A DNA stretch of 64,000 nt from an uncultured virus (IMG/VR IMGVR_UViG_2850943043_000004) (Duplodnaviria > Heunggongvirae > Uroviricota > Caudoviricetes), in IMG/VR virus record IMGVR_UViG_2850943043_000004, positions 62,001 through 126,000 of that record; one strand, written 5' to 3'. Position 1 is the first letter of the stretch; the number at the start of each line of letters is the position of its first letter. The position numbers and the translations under genes are program-made. Shown here piece by piece: positions 20,544 through 32,438 of the stretch. Below the pieces are notes generated by a model. The model was not told the origin of the DNA. It did not search any database and saw only the letters and a program-made list of their open reading frames with translations.

Positions 20544-20960
20544 TCAAAGCTCTTTACCTTTAGGTGTTTTCCTTAACCGGTTCGCAATGTACTTCATTAC
20601 GTTTACTGCAATCGACACTAAAGCAATAATCAATACTATTTCAACTAAAAGGATGTATCCAAAATTCACATTAAGCTCTTCAAAGTAATCGCTGGCAAAA
20701 GAGAGGAGTTTATAAATCCCTAGCATAAAAACAATAAAGGAAACTCCTAAAATTACAAGTGACTTTTTAGAATAATCTTTAGCATGTTCAAAATTATAAA
20801 TCATTATTGATAAAAATAACAAACCCGTAGCAATCTTGTGGGATAGCGAATCATCGGCCGAAAATGATTGCACTACTATGCTGATGATTAATCCAGTAAT
20901 ACCGATTGTTTTATTCAAGGAATCACCCACTCGTATGTAAGTTAGGTATGAGTTTACCAA
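20544..20960 (-). CDS. yoqO: YoqO-like membrane protein
   Basis: Multi-TM, opposite strand, syntenic. Confidence 0.6.
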   Translation of the reverse strand: MVNSYLTYIRVGDSLNKTIGITGLIISIVVQSFSADDSLSHKIATGLLFLSIMIYNFEHAKDYSKKSLVILGVSFIVFMLGIYKLLSFASDYFEELNVNFGYILLVEIVLIIALVSIAVNVMKYIANRLRKTPKGKEL

Positions 20961-21037
20961 TTAAAGGGGATTTTCTCAAGGCCATACACATTAAAGTTAA
21001 ATTAAAATCGTGATTTTAAACAGATAGGAGGAAACGG

Positions 21038-21556
21038 ATGAATCAAGATATTCAGTTTTTGAAAGAACTTCAAAATGAATTGAAAACACAGGATCATGAC
21101 TCTCAAGCTGTGCCTCGCTTTTGGGCAGTTGGGGATTTTAAATGGATCCGGACATCGGAGGATGATGCGGAACGTTATTCTGTTTACATCCCTGAAGATG
21201 GCGAATCGTATGAATTGGAAAGTTATCTAAAGGACATTAAGGAGAATAAAGAATTGTCCTCAGAAGCGTTAGAGGCGATGGAAGATATAGAGTGTGAAGT
21301 TTCCGCTTTAGAATGGATACATGAGTATGTAGACAGTGGCGCTAATCTAATTCCAGAAACAGAGGTTCATTACATTTGTCAAAATACAATGTTTCTAACT
21401 AAAGCGGAGGCAAAACAGCACATCAAACAAAATCATTATCACTATACGAAAAAGGTTCACACGTACGCAATGACAGCTTGGAGGGCACCGAAAGTTGAGC
21501 GGCTTCTTAATATACTTGAAACGTTTAATTGGGATTCCATTATAGACAGTCAATAG
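21038..21556 (+). CDS. hypothetical phage protein
   Basis: 172 aa, strong RBS. Confidence 0.7.
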   Translation: MNQDIQFLKELQNELKTQDHDSQAVPRFWAVGDFKWIRTSEDDAERYSVYIPEDGESYELESYLKDIKENKELSSEALEAMEDIECEVSALEWIHEYVDSGANLIPETEVHYICQNTMFLTKAEAKQHIKQNHYHYTKKVHTYAMTAWRAPKVERLLNILETFNWDSIIDSQ

Positions 21557-21577
21557 AATCTACAAGGGAGTGGCAAA

Positions 21578-21868
21578 ATGAATACATACGTAGTCGACAA
21601 CAGTAAATATAAATGCATTTATGCGGGAATTAACAAAGAAGCTGCTTTTAATAATGAATTTGAAAACGGAACCAGAGTAAGGGTTTGGTTTGAAGGCCAC
21701 CACATAAAAACGTTTGAGAAAGAACGAAGAGAAGTCTGTGGAGTAGGAGAATGGATCCTTAAGTATGATGCTGCTACTGAATTGCAAAAGGAAGTAAATC
21801 GTTTGGAAAAGACATATTTCAAAAAGAAAGAATTGTTAGACACTATTAGACAAGCTGATGAAATCTAA
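21578..21868 (+). CDS. hypothetical protein
   Basis: ORF with RBS. Confidence 0.6.
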   Translation: MNTYVVDNSKYKCIYAGINKEAAFNNEFENGTRVRVWFEGHHIKTFEKERREVCGVGEWILKYDAATELQKEVNRLEKTYFKKKELLDTIRQADEI

Positions 21869-21948
21869 ATAAAAGATAGTTTTTAACTGAACATATAAGG
21901 ATAGATCGTCATCGAAAAAGCACACGTATCGATAACGATCATAAAGTA

Positions 21949-22098
21949 TTAATTTCTATGCCGGGGTTTTTCTTCGAAGTGATCAGGATAATTCTGTTTA
22001 GATTTTGATTTGAATACAAAGTAAAACCCTGCAATTAAGATATAGTCCATTATCTTGTCAAATGACCAATTCACTAAATAATCTAAGATCAATTCCAT
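21949..22098 (-). CDS. 49-aa single-TM protein (YoqT-like)
   Basis: MELILDYLVNWSFDKIMDYILIAGFYFVFKSK..; GGAGGTG RBS; downstream hairpin. Confidence 0.65.
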   Translation of the reverse strand: MELILDYLVNWSFDKIMDYILIAGFYFVFKSKSKQNYPDHFEEKPRHRN

Positions 22099-22261
22099 TT
22101 ATTCCACCTCCGAGACAAAAATGTCCAGTCTCTTTTATATGGCAAGCGTATGACAACCGGCTTGCAGTAATAAAGGTGAAATGAATCTTGGAAATTTAAA
22201 AAGGTTTAAAAAAAACTCATTTTAAATAAAATATTTATTTTAATGAAAGGAGGCAACCAAA

Positions 22262-22675
22262 GTGCCAAATCAAGAGCAAATAAAACGCATGAATGATATT
22301 AATGACTTGATAAAGCTTATCGCAAGTATTGATAGATGTACTTTCTTCTGAAAGTCAATGAATCGCATAGCGTATTTCAGGTTTAAGAAGAAACTGTTTT
22401 TCGTTGATGATTACACGGAAGCTGACGTTTACCCATATGAAATGGGATACGGTAGTCCAAACGGCTTTTCGCATGGAGGCAACATGTGGCAACTGGTCAA
22501 TAGTTTTAGAAAGTTCATCATAACAGGGAAATGCGGCGAGCTTAGGGATTATAAAGAAATATGGGCTTACAGCTATGGAGGATGTATGAAAATCCGTCAG
22601 AAGGCAAAAGAAATAGGGTTTATAGAGAATGTTGATTATCCTTATAGCTTCGATGAATGGATGGAAACTAATTGA
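22262..22675 (+). pseudogene. YoqU-like gene with an in-frame TGA at codon 30
   Basis: GTG start after AAGGAGG is in frame with ORF 22358..22675, interrupted by one stop. Confidence 0.55.
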
Positions 22676-22740
22676 TCCATGTACTAAATTTTCATTAAGC
22701 TTTAAAAGGCTTGGCATTAAGGAGTTATGTACAGGAGAGA

Positions 22741-23565
22741 TTATACTCTCCAGGATTCGAAGGAAGGTATGCGGAGTTTGCCGTGCTTAGTCTTAAATCT
22801 GTGCTTAACCTTACATAAGATAGGTTCGATAAATACATATTCATCAGTTTCAGACATTACTTGTTTCATAGAGTGCAACTTACTTCGTTCCGCGTTCGGC
22901 ATGAATTCCATAAATCCAGCTGCAGTTCCATCAGGATAAGACAGAAGGAATTTTATATCCTTTTTGGTGTAGCCGGTAATAAGAACTTCGGTGTAATCGT
23001 AATTGATCACTTTGAGCCAATTATGTGAACGTTTATTGATCTCATAAGGGGAGTCAGCTTTCTTGAGTACGATTCCCTCTAAGTTCTTTTCTTTGGCCAG
23101 GTTGAAGTAAGCTAGTCCGTTACCTTGAATTCCTTCGATTACAAAGACATTAGGATGATTTAGCTCAAGTGAGTTTAGAGTTATCTTACGCTCAGTGATT
23201 GGCTTAGCTGCTATTGACTGACCGTCTTTATAGATAACATCAAAAACACAGTAAACAATCTTATGAGCTGACTTTTTGGACATGAAACGTTCCATTACAG
23301 CTTCAAAGTCAGGAGCACCACCTGGGGCAGCTACAATAACTTCACCATCGAGTACTGTTCCATCTGGAATATCTAAGTCTAAGAGTTCTGGAAACTTGCT
23401 TGTTACTTCGTTGTTGTGACGAGTGTATAGCTTAATCTGATTGTCAAATTTAGAAAGGATGAGTCTGATTCCATCAAATTTGAGCTCAGTGATATAGTTC
23501 TCGTCGTCAAATGGCTCTTTTATTGAATGCAATAGCATTGGCGATACAAACAAAAATATCACCAC
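22741..23565 (-). CDS. ligB: ATP-dependent DNA ligase LigB (YoqV)
   Basis: ELKFDGIR motif I, LDGE, EGIVLK. Confidence 0.93.
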   Translation of the reverse strand: MVIFLFVSPMLLHSIKEPFDDENYITELKFDGIRLILSKFDNQIKLYTRHNNEVTSKFPELLDLDIPDGTVLDGEVIVAAPGGAPDFEAVMERFMSKKSAHKIVYCVFDVIYKDGQSIAAKPITERKITLNSLELNHPNVFVIEGIQGNGLAYFNLAKEKNLEGIVLKKADSPYEINKRSHNWLKVINYDYTEVLITGYTKKDIKFLLSYPDGTAAGFMEFMPNAERSKLHSMKQVMSETDEYVFIEPILCKVKHRFKTKHGKLRIPSFESWRV

Positions 23566-23623
23566 CTACTTAGAACATATTAGCTAAGCGAAGTTGATTT
23601 ATAAAGCGATATGGTAGTGGTAC

Positions 23624-24298
23624 TTAATGGGATTCAATGAGCTCAGGTGAATTGTTTTTAGGTGAATTCACTAAAGATGAAACCTGGTATGCTTCCATGT
23701 CATCAGCATCATATGGCTGCAGTAAGCTTTGTAGATAATCAGGATCAGTATTTTTAGGGTTAAGCCATTCCTTTTCGTTCTCATCAGTAAGGATAACTGG
23801 CATCCGATCATGAATGTCTTCCATAAGCTTATTGGGCTTTGTTGTGATGATTGTGCAAGTGTACAATGGATTGCCTTCTGGCGTGTTCCACTTTTCATAT
23901 AAGCCGGCAAAAGCAAAGAGATTGGATAATTTAAGCTTAATCCGCATAGGGATCTTAGTCTTCGGATCAAGACGTTTCCATTCATAAAAACTGTCAGCCG
24001 GTATGATACAACGTTTGCTTATTAGCGGTTTTCGAAAACTGGGTTTCTCGGCCAACGTTTCAGCACGAGCATTAATCATTTTATAGCCGATCTTTTCGTC
24101 TTTAGCCCAAGGAGGAATAAGACCCCATCTAAGTTTGCCCAGCCGGTTGTTTGATCCGTCGTTGATGATTGTCAGGATGTTTTGTGAAGGAGCGACATTA
24201 TAGCTTGGGTGATATTCATCTTCGGGTAAGAATTGATCTATATTGAATTGCTCAATGATGTCATCAAACTCAGAAAATAAAGTGAACCTGCCACACAT
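23624..24298 (-). CDS. yoqW: SRAP/HMCES abasic-site protein YoqW
   Basis: MCGRF start, YNVAPSQ, INARAET, HDRMPVIL. Confidence 0.93.
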   Translation of the reverse strand: MCGRFTLFSEFDDIIEQFNIDQFLPEDEYHPSYNVAPSQNILTIINDGSNNRLGKLRWGLIPPWAKDEKIGYKMINARAETLAEKPSFRKPLISKRCIIPADSFYEWKRLDPKTKIPMRIKLKLSNLFAFAGLYEKWNTPEGNPLYTCTIITTKPNKLMEDIHDRMPVILTDENEKEWLNPKNTDPDYLQSLLQPYDADDMEAYQVSSLVNSPKNNSPELIESH

Positions 24299-24365
24299 GT
24301 TCATCATCCTTTAGGGTTTTTGAATATTGTACAGGCTTGGTACATGAAAATCAAAAAGGAGGAAT

Positions 24366-24590
24366 GTGATGCAGCAGCAAACAGTTGAGGTTAAAGAAGT
24401 TGATGTGTTGATCAGGGGAATATGGAGAAAGAAAAAGTTCACCGATATTCAAAAGGGGCAAACCTTTAAGATTGAGGAGAACGGAAGAACAAAGAAATAC
24501 ATAGCGAGAACAGATCCTTATTGGGATGACATGTTTGAGACTTACATTATTGATTTGTTGGATAAAAATAAAATTAGAAGAAATAAGTGA
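24366..24590 (+). CDS. YoqX-like protein
   Basis: ORF, syntenic. Confidence 0.6.
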   Translation: MMQQQTVEVKEVDVLIRGIWRKKKFTDIQKGQTFKIEENGRTKKYIARTDPYWDDMFETYIIDLLDKNKIRRNK

Positions 24591-24647
24591 AGAAAACTAT
24601 ATAAAAAAAGATTTAACAAGGATAAAAATAAAATTAAAAGGGGAATT

Positions 24648-25528
24648 TTGATGAAGCTAATTGGTATTAAAACAAGTAACTGTTTTTTGGTGTCTGACAA
24701 TATTGAGGGCAAGAAATATTTTCATAGTCAATTAGATGAATTGCTTTTTGATGGGAAACGAGCAGCTGAAACGTATATGTCAGACTGGTTTAAGCTAGAT
24801 AAGGAGCCAAGTGTTATTGAAAAGCAAATGCCAGCTAAAAAATCAATCATAGGTATGAATTAAAAGAGGGATTCCAGGAAACTGATTTGACACCACAAGT
24901 AATTAATGTTTCTTACATAGATGAAGAAAGTGAATACTACGAAGTAAAAGGTCTATATGATTTGAAATTTGAAGAAATCCCACAAGTAAATGAAAAAATT
25001 GAGTTTGAAATGAATGTAATTGAAGAAATTGACGGAGAACTTAAGCTACAAAGTCATAATTTTAACTTGAATTATAACTTACTGGATAGAATTCAAACAC
25101 ATCCAATGCTTCTTGAAACAAAGCCGTGTTACCTGTCCCAAGAAGAAAGCTATAAGATTATCAGAAAACATATAAAAGCCAATATAAACCCTAAGTTTGC
25201 AAGAATCACAAGTGATTATGATTTCTGTTTAACTGTGGTCAAAGTTTTGGAGCTTTACAAACCTCACGAGTATGTAGTAGATCTTAATGCAATGTACAAA
25301 CGGAGAAAGCCTAAACTTGAGAAAAGATTTCAAACAAAGCGGGAAGTTGAAATTTACAATGTTGCACCTAAAGCCTATCAGAGCTACCCAATTGTAGAAC
25401 CGTTTAGTGGAAAGGACGTTGAAGATTTAAAGAGTAATATTAAGAAATTTTAGATGATCTGATGGCTAAAATCAACGAGCCTTTAGTTGAATGTAAATGC
25501 TGCAAAGGAAGAGGGGTTATTTTAAATG
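24648..25528 (+). CDS. hypothetical protein (split by frameshifts)
   Basis: ORFs 24648..24863 and 24887..25453 plus a C-terminal CKCC segment join at homopolymers. Confidence 0.55.
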
Positions 25529-25798
25529 AAAATTAAATTGGACAAAGAGTACATGGTAAATGAATTGGGGCTGCCGGAGTCTTCACTACTGGAAGAAATC
25601 ACTGACACGTCTAGGTGGAGCATTCACTATAGAATCGTGTTCTCATATCAGGGTCGCTTTTTTGAAACTTTCTATAGCAAAGGTGCAACTGAAAACCAGT
25701 ATGAAAGCCCTTGGGAATTTGAAGATCAAGTGGATTGTTATGAAGTGGAGTTAAAAGAAGTGAAGGTTAGAAAATGGGTAAGAAAAGAAACTGAATAA
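25526..25798 (+). CDS. hypothetical phage protein
   Basis: ORF with RBS; SRWS..Y..GATE.Q pattern. Confidence 0.65.
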   Translation: MKIKLDKEYMVNELGLPESSLLEEITDTSRWSIHYRIVFSYQGRFFETFYSKGATENQYESPWEFEDQVDCYEVELKEVKVRKWVRKETE

Positions 25799-25834
25799 AA
25801 ACGATATTTTAACCAGAATCCAGGAGGTAATGAA

Positions 25835-26229
25835 ATGAACTTATATGAAATTATGCTAGAACACTTTGCACCCAAGGGAAGTGAGCGGGGTATCTGTACA
25901 TACGTGCTTGCTCAATCTGATGAAGAGGTATATGAATGGTTGAAAACTGATCCAAGCCTATCTGACGGCAGGGTAGTCTATACCCCATATCAAGACAACG
26001 AAGAAGACGGTAAAACATATGCAATTTATAATCAGAGCTTTGATATTGTTGGTCATGAAAATATAAAGATCGAATGATTCGATTAAAAGGTGAGTTGAAT
26101 GATGAAGTTGAACTAACCGATCTTTATTACGGAATGACCTTAGTCGGGTGGCGTATGGTGAAATCGGATATTTCAACGGAACAAATTGAATTGTTAAAAG
26201 ATACTGGCATCAGTATGGAGTTTGCATAA
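25835..26229 (+). CDS. YoqY-like protein (frameshifted)
   Basis: ORF 25835..26077 continues in another frame to TAA 26227. Confidence 0.5.
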
Positions 26230-26323
26230 AAGTAATTTTTTATTCGGATAAGGGGTGGTACTAATGTGATTGCTTAAAAGATGAGAAAAGAATAAAATAA
26301 AATTATATAAGGAGAGTTGTTAA

Positions 26324-27146
26324 TTGTTGAAGTTTAAAAACAGAATAGAGGAAAAGAGATTAAGGGGCAGAGAAGGCTAGCTTTGGCGGGCCTGACCTTC
26401 TCTACCGCACACTTCGCAAGGTTACGAAGCTATATAAGTATATCACAGCCAAGAAGTCTTTTCCAATCCTAGTAACCTCACTGTTTGCATTGTTTAATCA
26501 AAGTTCAGTTCTAGCTGCAGATAAGTATAGTAATTTTAAAGAGTTGAAAGCAAATGAGTCACCTTTGAGCTATAACATTCTAACTACCGATGTTGATAGG
26601 CGTGTGCTTATTTTGGCTCCTCATGGTGGAGGTATTGAAGGAGGGACTAGTGAGCTTGCAAGAGAATTAAGTAAGTCTTACTCTACCTATCTATTTGAAG
26701 GTTTAAGAATACCAGGAGCTTCTGAGTTGCATATTACAAGTACGAATTTTGATGAACCTCAAGCTTTAGATTTATTAAGTAAGCATGATTTAACAATCTC
26801 AATTCATGGGTATGCATCAAGTAAGAAACACACTTTAGTTGGTGGGACAGACAGAGAAAAAGCAGCAAAGATTACATCATTACTTACCGATGCAAGTTTT
26901 TCTGCAGAATTGCTGTCTGAAGATTCCCGTTTAGCTGGCACAAATGAGCAGAACATTGCTAATAAAAATAGCACTGGTATGAGTATTCAACTTGAAATAA
27001 GCACTGAACAACGAAGAGAAATGTTTAATACTTTTACACTGGCTGGACGCAATGGAACGCAGAATCAAGTGTTTTATGACTATATTGCTGTTCTAACTAA
27101 ATTCATTAATGAAAATGTGTATTGTATGGCCGGTGTAGCACCATGA
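26324..27146 (+). CDS. yoqZ: poly-gamma-glutamate hydrolase family protein (YoqZ/PghZ)
   Basis: APHGGGIEGGTSE, HITST.FDEP, SIHG and QLEIS motifs. Confidence 0.85.
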
Positions 27147-28902
27147 CATTGTTTAATAATACCTTACGATACTATGTTGACTTTGATCAGTGGGGAATAA
27201 ATGCATTTAATTCGAATCCAATTGAAACAACTAAAGGATTTAATGAAGCTCTTATATATGCATCAGAGAACAACTTTCCTATTGTTGAAATTCCAAAAGG
27301 GAATTTTATTATTGACTCAGTAAATACATTAAATCAATCAAATCCTGAAATTGGTGGGGGAATTAAAATCCCATCAAATATGGAGCTCCTTTTGGATCCA
27401 GAAGCAGTGTTTCAAGTTAACCCCAATAGGTATCAGGGCTATTCTTGTTTTTATATTGGGCTTGCAGAGAACGTAATAATTAGAGGAGGTCGTATTATAG
27501 GTGACCGGTATCAACATGATTATTCTCTAATTGATACCGATAGAAAAACACATGAATGGGGATTTGGAATACATGTTCATGGAAGCAAAAATGTTTTGAT
27601 TGAAAATGTACAAATCTTAGATTGTATTGGAGACAACATTTGGATTGCAGCTCACGGAATGATGAATTACTCAGGGATGGTTTATACGCCTTCCAAAAGT
27701 GTGACCGTAAGAAAATGCGAACTAAAAAGAGGGAGACGGAACAATTTAGCTACTAACGGTTGTGAAGGATTATTGGTTGAAGACTGTGATATAGAGGAAG
27801 CTGGAGGAGATACAATTGGCCCTCAACTAGGTATTGATTTAGAGGGTTACGGGGAAAACGGAAAAAAGTATGATCATCCTTATGAGTTAACGATATCGGA
27901 TTGCAGGTTTAGAAAAAATGGTCGTGGTTCGGTTACTGCTCATACAAGCGGTAAAGTTTCCATCAAAGATAACTACTGTGACAATGTTATTTCATATGGC
28001 TACAGTACAGATGTGAGTATTAAGGGTAACAAGATAATAAATGAAGGGGAGTCTAAAGAGTACGGAATAGACTCTGTAGGTGTTTCGAGCACTGAGACTG
28101 GCAACAGAATTCAAATAACTGATAACAATATTCAAGGGTTTAAAATAGGCATGATGATTAGAGGGAAAGGGGTATCGATTGATAATAATACCGTAAAGAA
28201 CGCTTCAAATTGTGCAATAGCAACACATATGGCCGAAGATGTTTCCATTTCAAACAACAGAATACAGGACAGCGATTGTATTCAGATCCAGGTGAGAAAT
28301 TCATCAGATATTAAAGTAAGCAATAATAAAGGGAAAGGTACAACTTCAGCATATGCAATTAAAGTGATGGATTCGAATGACGTTAAATTCTTAAATAATA
28401 CGTTCTCCAATCTTTACGGAGGTCTATATTGTGAGAGATCTCAAGCAGTCAGAATTAAGCTAAACGATTTCTTATTGAGTGGAAAAGGTTACGGTATATA
28501 TTGGGATAAAGATTCAGAAGTCTTCCTAACAAGGAATGAGATATTTGAACCAAGAAATGTTGCAATTATGGGGCAGCTGATATGTACAATATCAGAATAA
28601 GTGATAACCAGATATATAATTGCAAAGCAATCATTGCGATCCACTTAATAGGCGGTTCTGAGCATATGGTTAGAGGAAATGAAATCATGTTTAACAGAGA
28701 TTCAGATCAAGGCTATGGAATATATTTAAACGGGACAAAAAAGGTTCGATTAATAAGGAATGATGTTCAAGGTATTGGTGCAAGAGTGCTTTCGCATCCA
28801 TTTGCAACGTTTAATGCTTCCAGTACAACTTTAATACATAATACATACGACAGCGGCACACCTAGATTAGCCTTAGATGATACAGTAATCGATTATAAAT
28901 AA
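27143..28902 (+). CDS. yorA: YorA right-handed parallel beta-helix protein (frameshift near 28575)
   Basis: Pectate-lyase-like repeats. Confidence 0.8.
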
Positions 28903-28915
28903 AAAATCTCAATGA

Positions 28916-28927
28916 GAACACTTGTTC
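28916..28927. promoter_or_regulatory. LexA box upstream of yorB
   Basis: GAAC-ACTT-GTTC just upstream of a TATAAT. Confidence 0.8.
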
Positions 28928-28989
28928 CCTTTATGGGTTTTGGTATATAATTTAGTAGTACCAATAATTTCAAAACAGGGGATGAGAGT

Positions 28990-29284
28990 ATGAGTGAGCA
29001 GAAGCTTAGAATCGGAGAAATACGGTATGAGGTTTTCGATGATTATGATCCATTAACAGAGGAGTATTTAGGAAAGAACCTAGCAAATGCTTATTTTATT
29101 GCTGAAATTAAAAAGGAAAATGTAGTTCAAGTAGGGAATAGGAAATTAATTACTCAAGCGATGTTAAAATTGGTTTTGATGCATTCGGGGAAGAAACAAA
29201 AGAGAAATCAAAGAGCATCTTCTGGCTGCCTATAGTCTAATAGCAGAAGGGGCTAAAGACGATGGTCTAGTAGAATATTTATAA
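28990..29284 (+). CDS. yorB: YorB (frameshifted)
   Basis: Syntenic, SOS box upstream. Confidence 0.65.
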
Positions 29285-29346
29285 GGCAATGCTGGGCTAG
29301 TCTCTAAGATTAGCCTAGTTATCATACGAATAAAGGGGTTAACTGA

Positions 29347-29727
29347 ATGTCAAACATCATTTCTAAAGAGCAAGATGAAGCAATTAAATACTTTAGAAAC
29401 AAATTAAATTTATCAGACAAAGACTTATACATACCGTTGATTAATTTTGAACTACTTAGAGACAAGAACGAACAATATGCGAACATTCTTTATGAGCTGT
29501 ATAAAAATGATCCCTATTTGTTTATTAGAGCTTTAAAGGAAGGTTATGTGGTTAATCAGCCAATTGCATTTGATGAGGCCATTGTGCGATTCTTTAATGG
29601 AGAAGAACTGGCTATTGTACATAAAACAACCGGAAAGAGATTTAATGTTAATATAAAAATGAAGAAGCTGCCTGATGGATTTACATTGCAAACAATGGAT
29701 ATGTGGTTATGGAGTGAAATTGTTTAA
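29347..29727 (+). CDS. yorC: YorC
   Basis: 126 aa, syntenic. Confidence 0.7.
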   Translation: MSNIISKEQDEAIKYFRNKLNLSDKDLYIPLINFELLRDKNEQYANILYELYKNDPYLFIRALKEGYVVNQPIAFDEAIVRFFNGEELAIVHKTTGKRFNVNIKMKKLPDGFTLQTMDMWLWSEIV

Positions 29728-29741
29728 ATATTATGAATCCA

Positions 29742-29750
29742 TGATATAAT
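29742..29750 (+). promoter_or_regulatory. extended -10 sigma-A promoter
   Basis: TG-A-TATAAT in front of the micro-ORF array. Confidence 0.65.
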
Positions 29751-29773
29751 TCTCTTTAATCCTAAGGGAGAGT

Positions 29774-29853
29774 ATTAAAAAGGTTTTGGGGGTTAAAAAG
29801 TGATTAATATTATTGGGGGATGAGCTAATATGGAAGTTAGAGTCGGAGGCTGA
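29774..29853 (+). CDS. tandem heptapeptide micro-ORFs (I)KKV(L/F)GG, MINIIGG, MEVRVGG
   Basis: 24-nt ORFs 29800..29823 and 29830..29853, each with a G-rich SD; 29774..29796 needs one homopolymer base restored. Confidence 0.55.
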
Positions 29854-29977
29854 TCAACTCAGGAACTGCCATTGTGTGGCTCCTTGACCCTTGTAACTCA
29901 TAAAATGATAATTTTATTCGAATTAAAAAGAGTGCAAATGAAATGCAAAAATAAAAATATAAAAGTTTATAAACATG

Positions 29978-30005
29978 TAGACAAAGATAAAAATATGTAT
30001 ATAAT
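29978..30005 (+). promoter_or_regulatory. SPBRE/promoter upstream of yorE
   Basis: TAGACAAAGATAAAAATATGTATATAAT. Confidence 0.8.
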
Positions 30006-30037
30006 AAACTCAAGTTGAAGGGAAGGAGGCGAATTAC

Positions 30038-30424
30038 TTGGAGGTACTTGGGATAACAGAGAAAGCATTAAACTATTACAGAGAAAACGTTAAAGACAAC
30101 AAGACCATTACTCCTGATCAGGCACTGTTAAAGATGATAAGGAATGTCTTACTTGTCAAAGAAACTCATCCTGAGCGAGTGAAAAAACGTTTATTTTGCA
30201 CAGAGTACGCTTACGGAAATATGATAATCAAAGTTAACAGAAAAAAGCAGGTATTTGAAATTGTAAATAAATCAGGATGCTTTTCTGACCAAAATGATTG
30301 GAAGTTCCTAAAAAGAAGGCACATAGAACTTAGTAAAGAACTTGGAATCAAAGACTGCAAGTTTAGCAAAATTACATATTCAAAGAAAATCACAATAGAC
30401 AAAATAAAAATAGAGGATGATTAA
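30038..30424 (+). CDS. yorE: YorE
   Basis: Syntenic. Confidence 0.65.
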   Translation: MEVLGITEKALNYYRENVKDNKTITPDQALLKMIRNVLLVKETHPERVKKRLFCTEYAYGNMIIKVNRKKQVFEIVNKSGCFSDQNDWKFLKRRHIELSKELGIKDCKFSKITYSKKITIDKIKIEDD

Positions 30425-30428
30425 AAAT

Positions 30429-31342
30429 ATGACAGAAAACAAAACGGTATTACGTGAAGCATCAAACGTTGTAACACTTGAAGGAACTCTGGCAGAAGTA
30501 AGACACACTGAGTGGAAAAATGGAAATGGACTAAATATTGAATTAGATATTGAGGTTGCACCTAACGAAGTGCATACAGTTAAAGGCTTTTCAAAATATA
30601 AGAAAGCTGATGGTACAGATAATGCTATTGCCAAAGGGTATCAAACTATCATAAGTGATTATAAGTCCATCGCAGAACATGGAAGAGATCAAGCTGATAA
30701 AGTGAGAATCACCCAAGGTAAGATTGGATTAAATGAATATTACTCTCAAGGAGTATTAAAGGCGTACCCACAGCTAACCACCAACTTTGTAAACAGACTG
30801 GATGCTAATGAAGAATTTAATCCTAAAGCTGAATTTGATGTTGAACTGTTTGTTAAAAATGTAACTGAAGAAAAAGTAAAAGGAGAAGAAACAGGAAGAG
30901 TTAATTTAAATGGTTATATCCCTTTGTATGGCGGGAAAGTCATTCCTTTTACATTTGTAGTGACTAAGGAAGGTTCTCAATATGTTGAAAACAATTATGA
31001 AAAAGGATCTACGGTTAATGTCTTCGGAAAGATTATTAATTATAAAGAACAAAAAGTAACAACCAAAACTGCTGCATTTGGAGAAGACAAAAAGAAATCA
31101 CCTCCATTACAAAAAGAGAGTATCTAGTTACAGGTGGGAACGATCCTTATGATGAAGATAGTAAAAATGCTTTTAATCCAGAAGTAATTAAAAAAGCATT
31201 GACTGAAAGAGAGACTTATCTAGAAGGACTTAAGAACGAAAGCAGCAATGAAAACAATAAAAAGTCTGGCTTTGGTGGAAGTGCTCCTAATAACAAGCCT
31301 TCAAAGCCGGTTGAAATTTCAGATGATGATCTCCCTTTCTAA
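30429..31342 (+). CDS. yorF: YorF single-stranded DNA-binding-like protein (frameshifted)
   Basis: Restored C-terminus ends DDDLPF (SSB acidic tail). Confidence 0.75.
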
Positions 31343-31424
31343 AATAAAATAGATCATTAATCTAATACATAACTGGGGTGAGCTCCGACTCACCCATCAA
31401 ATTCAAAATAAAAGGAGAACTATA

Positions 31425-32396
31425 ATGGCAATTGATATTTTCAACCCACAAGTTTCTGTAGTAGCAAAAGGATTAGAAGGAAAAGTTATCACAATCTACG
31501 GTTCTAACAACTTAGGTAAAACTAAGCAAAGCACTCGGATGAAGAAACCGTTATATCTGCCATTCGAAAAAGGATTAAATGCCATTGCCGGTGTCCAATT
31601 CATGCCTATCAATAGTTGGGCTGATTTTAAAAAGGTAAACAAACAGTTAACTAAAAATGCTGAAAAAGCCAAAGAAATGTATCAGACAATCATTGTTGAT
31701 GAAGTAGACGCTTTTGCTAAATATGCGACTAGATATGTATGCGAGCAATATGATGTTGAACGGATTAAAGATGGTAATGATGGGTTTGGCCTTTGGAAAG
31801 AGTACGAAACTGAAGTATGGGAAGAAATCAATAAATTAATTGGCGTAGGATTTACGGTTATCTTTATTGCTCATGCTGCTGAAGACAAAAAAGGCAAAGT
31901 ATATCCGAAGGGGGATAAACGAGTTTTAGCTCCAGTAATTGATAACAGCGATATTGTTCTCTATCTAAGTTCTAATGGTGTTGATGAAGATAGAAAAGTA
32001 ATCAAATCAAGTGCTTGGTTAGCTGAAACTGAAGAGCATTTTGCTCGTAGCCGATTTGATTACATTGACACGTACCTTCCTGAATTTACTGCAGAAAACT
32101 TAGAAAAAGCAATTATTGAGGCAGTCGAAAGACAGGAGCAAGCAGAAGGAATTGTTGCTGTTACATACGAAGAGCAAAAACAAAACAACGCTTCAGAAGA
32201 ACTTGATTTCAATTCATTAATGGATCAAATTAAAGAAATTGGCATGAAGCTTAATGAAGAAGGCCGTTTAGAAGAAGTTAATGAGATTACAGAGAAACAT
32301 TTAGGTAAGGGTGTAAAAGTTACTGAGTGCAGCCGTAAGCAAGTAGGTGTCATGTCTGTAATACTAGATGATCTAAAAGACCTTCTAGCAGAATAA
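31425..32396 (+). CDS. yorG: YorG AAA_24/Sak4-like ATPase
   Basis: YGSNNLGKT, IIVDE, FIAH. Confidence 0.8.
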   Translation: MAIDIFNPQVSVVAKGLEGKVITIYGSNNLGKTKQSTRMKKPLYLPFEKGLNAIAGVQFMPINSWADFKKVNKQLTKNAEKAKEMYQTIIVDEVDAFAKYATRYVCEQYDVERIKDGNDGFGLWKEYETEVWEEINKLIGVGFTVIFIAHAAEDKKGKVYPKGDKRVLAPVIDNSDIVLYLSSNGVDEDRKVIKSSAWLAETEEHFARSRFDYIDTYLPEFTAENLEKAIIEAVERQEQAEGIVAVTYEEQKQNNASEELDFNSLMDQIKEIGMKLNEEGRLEEVNEITEKHLGKGVKVTECSRKQVGVMSVILDDLKDLLAE

Positions 32397-32438
32397 AAGA
32401 GGAGGGATTATTCTCTCCTCCTTATTAGGAGTGATTAT

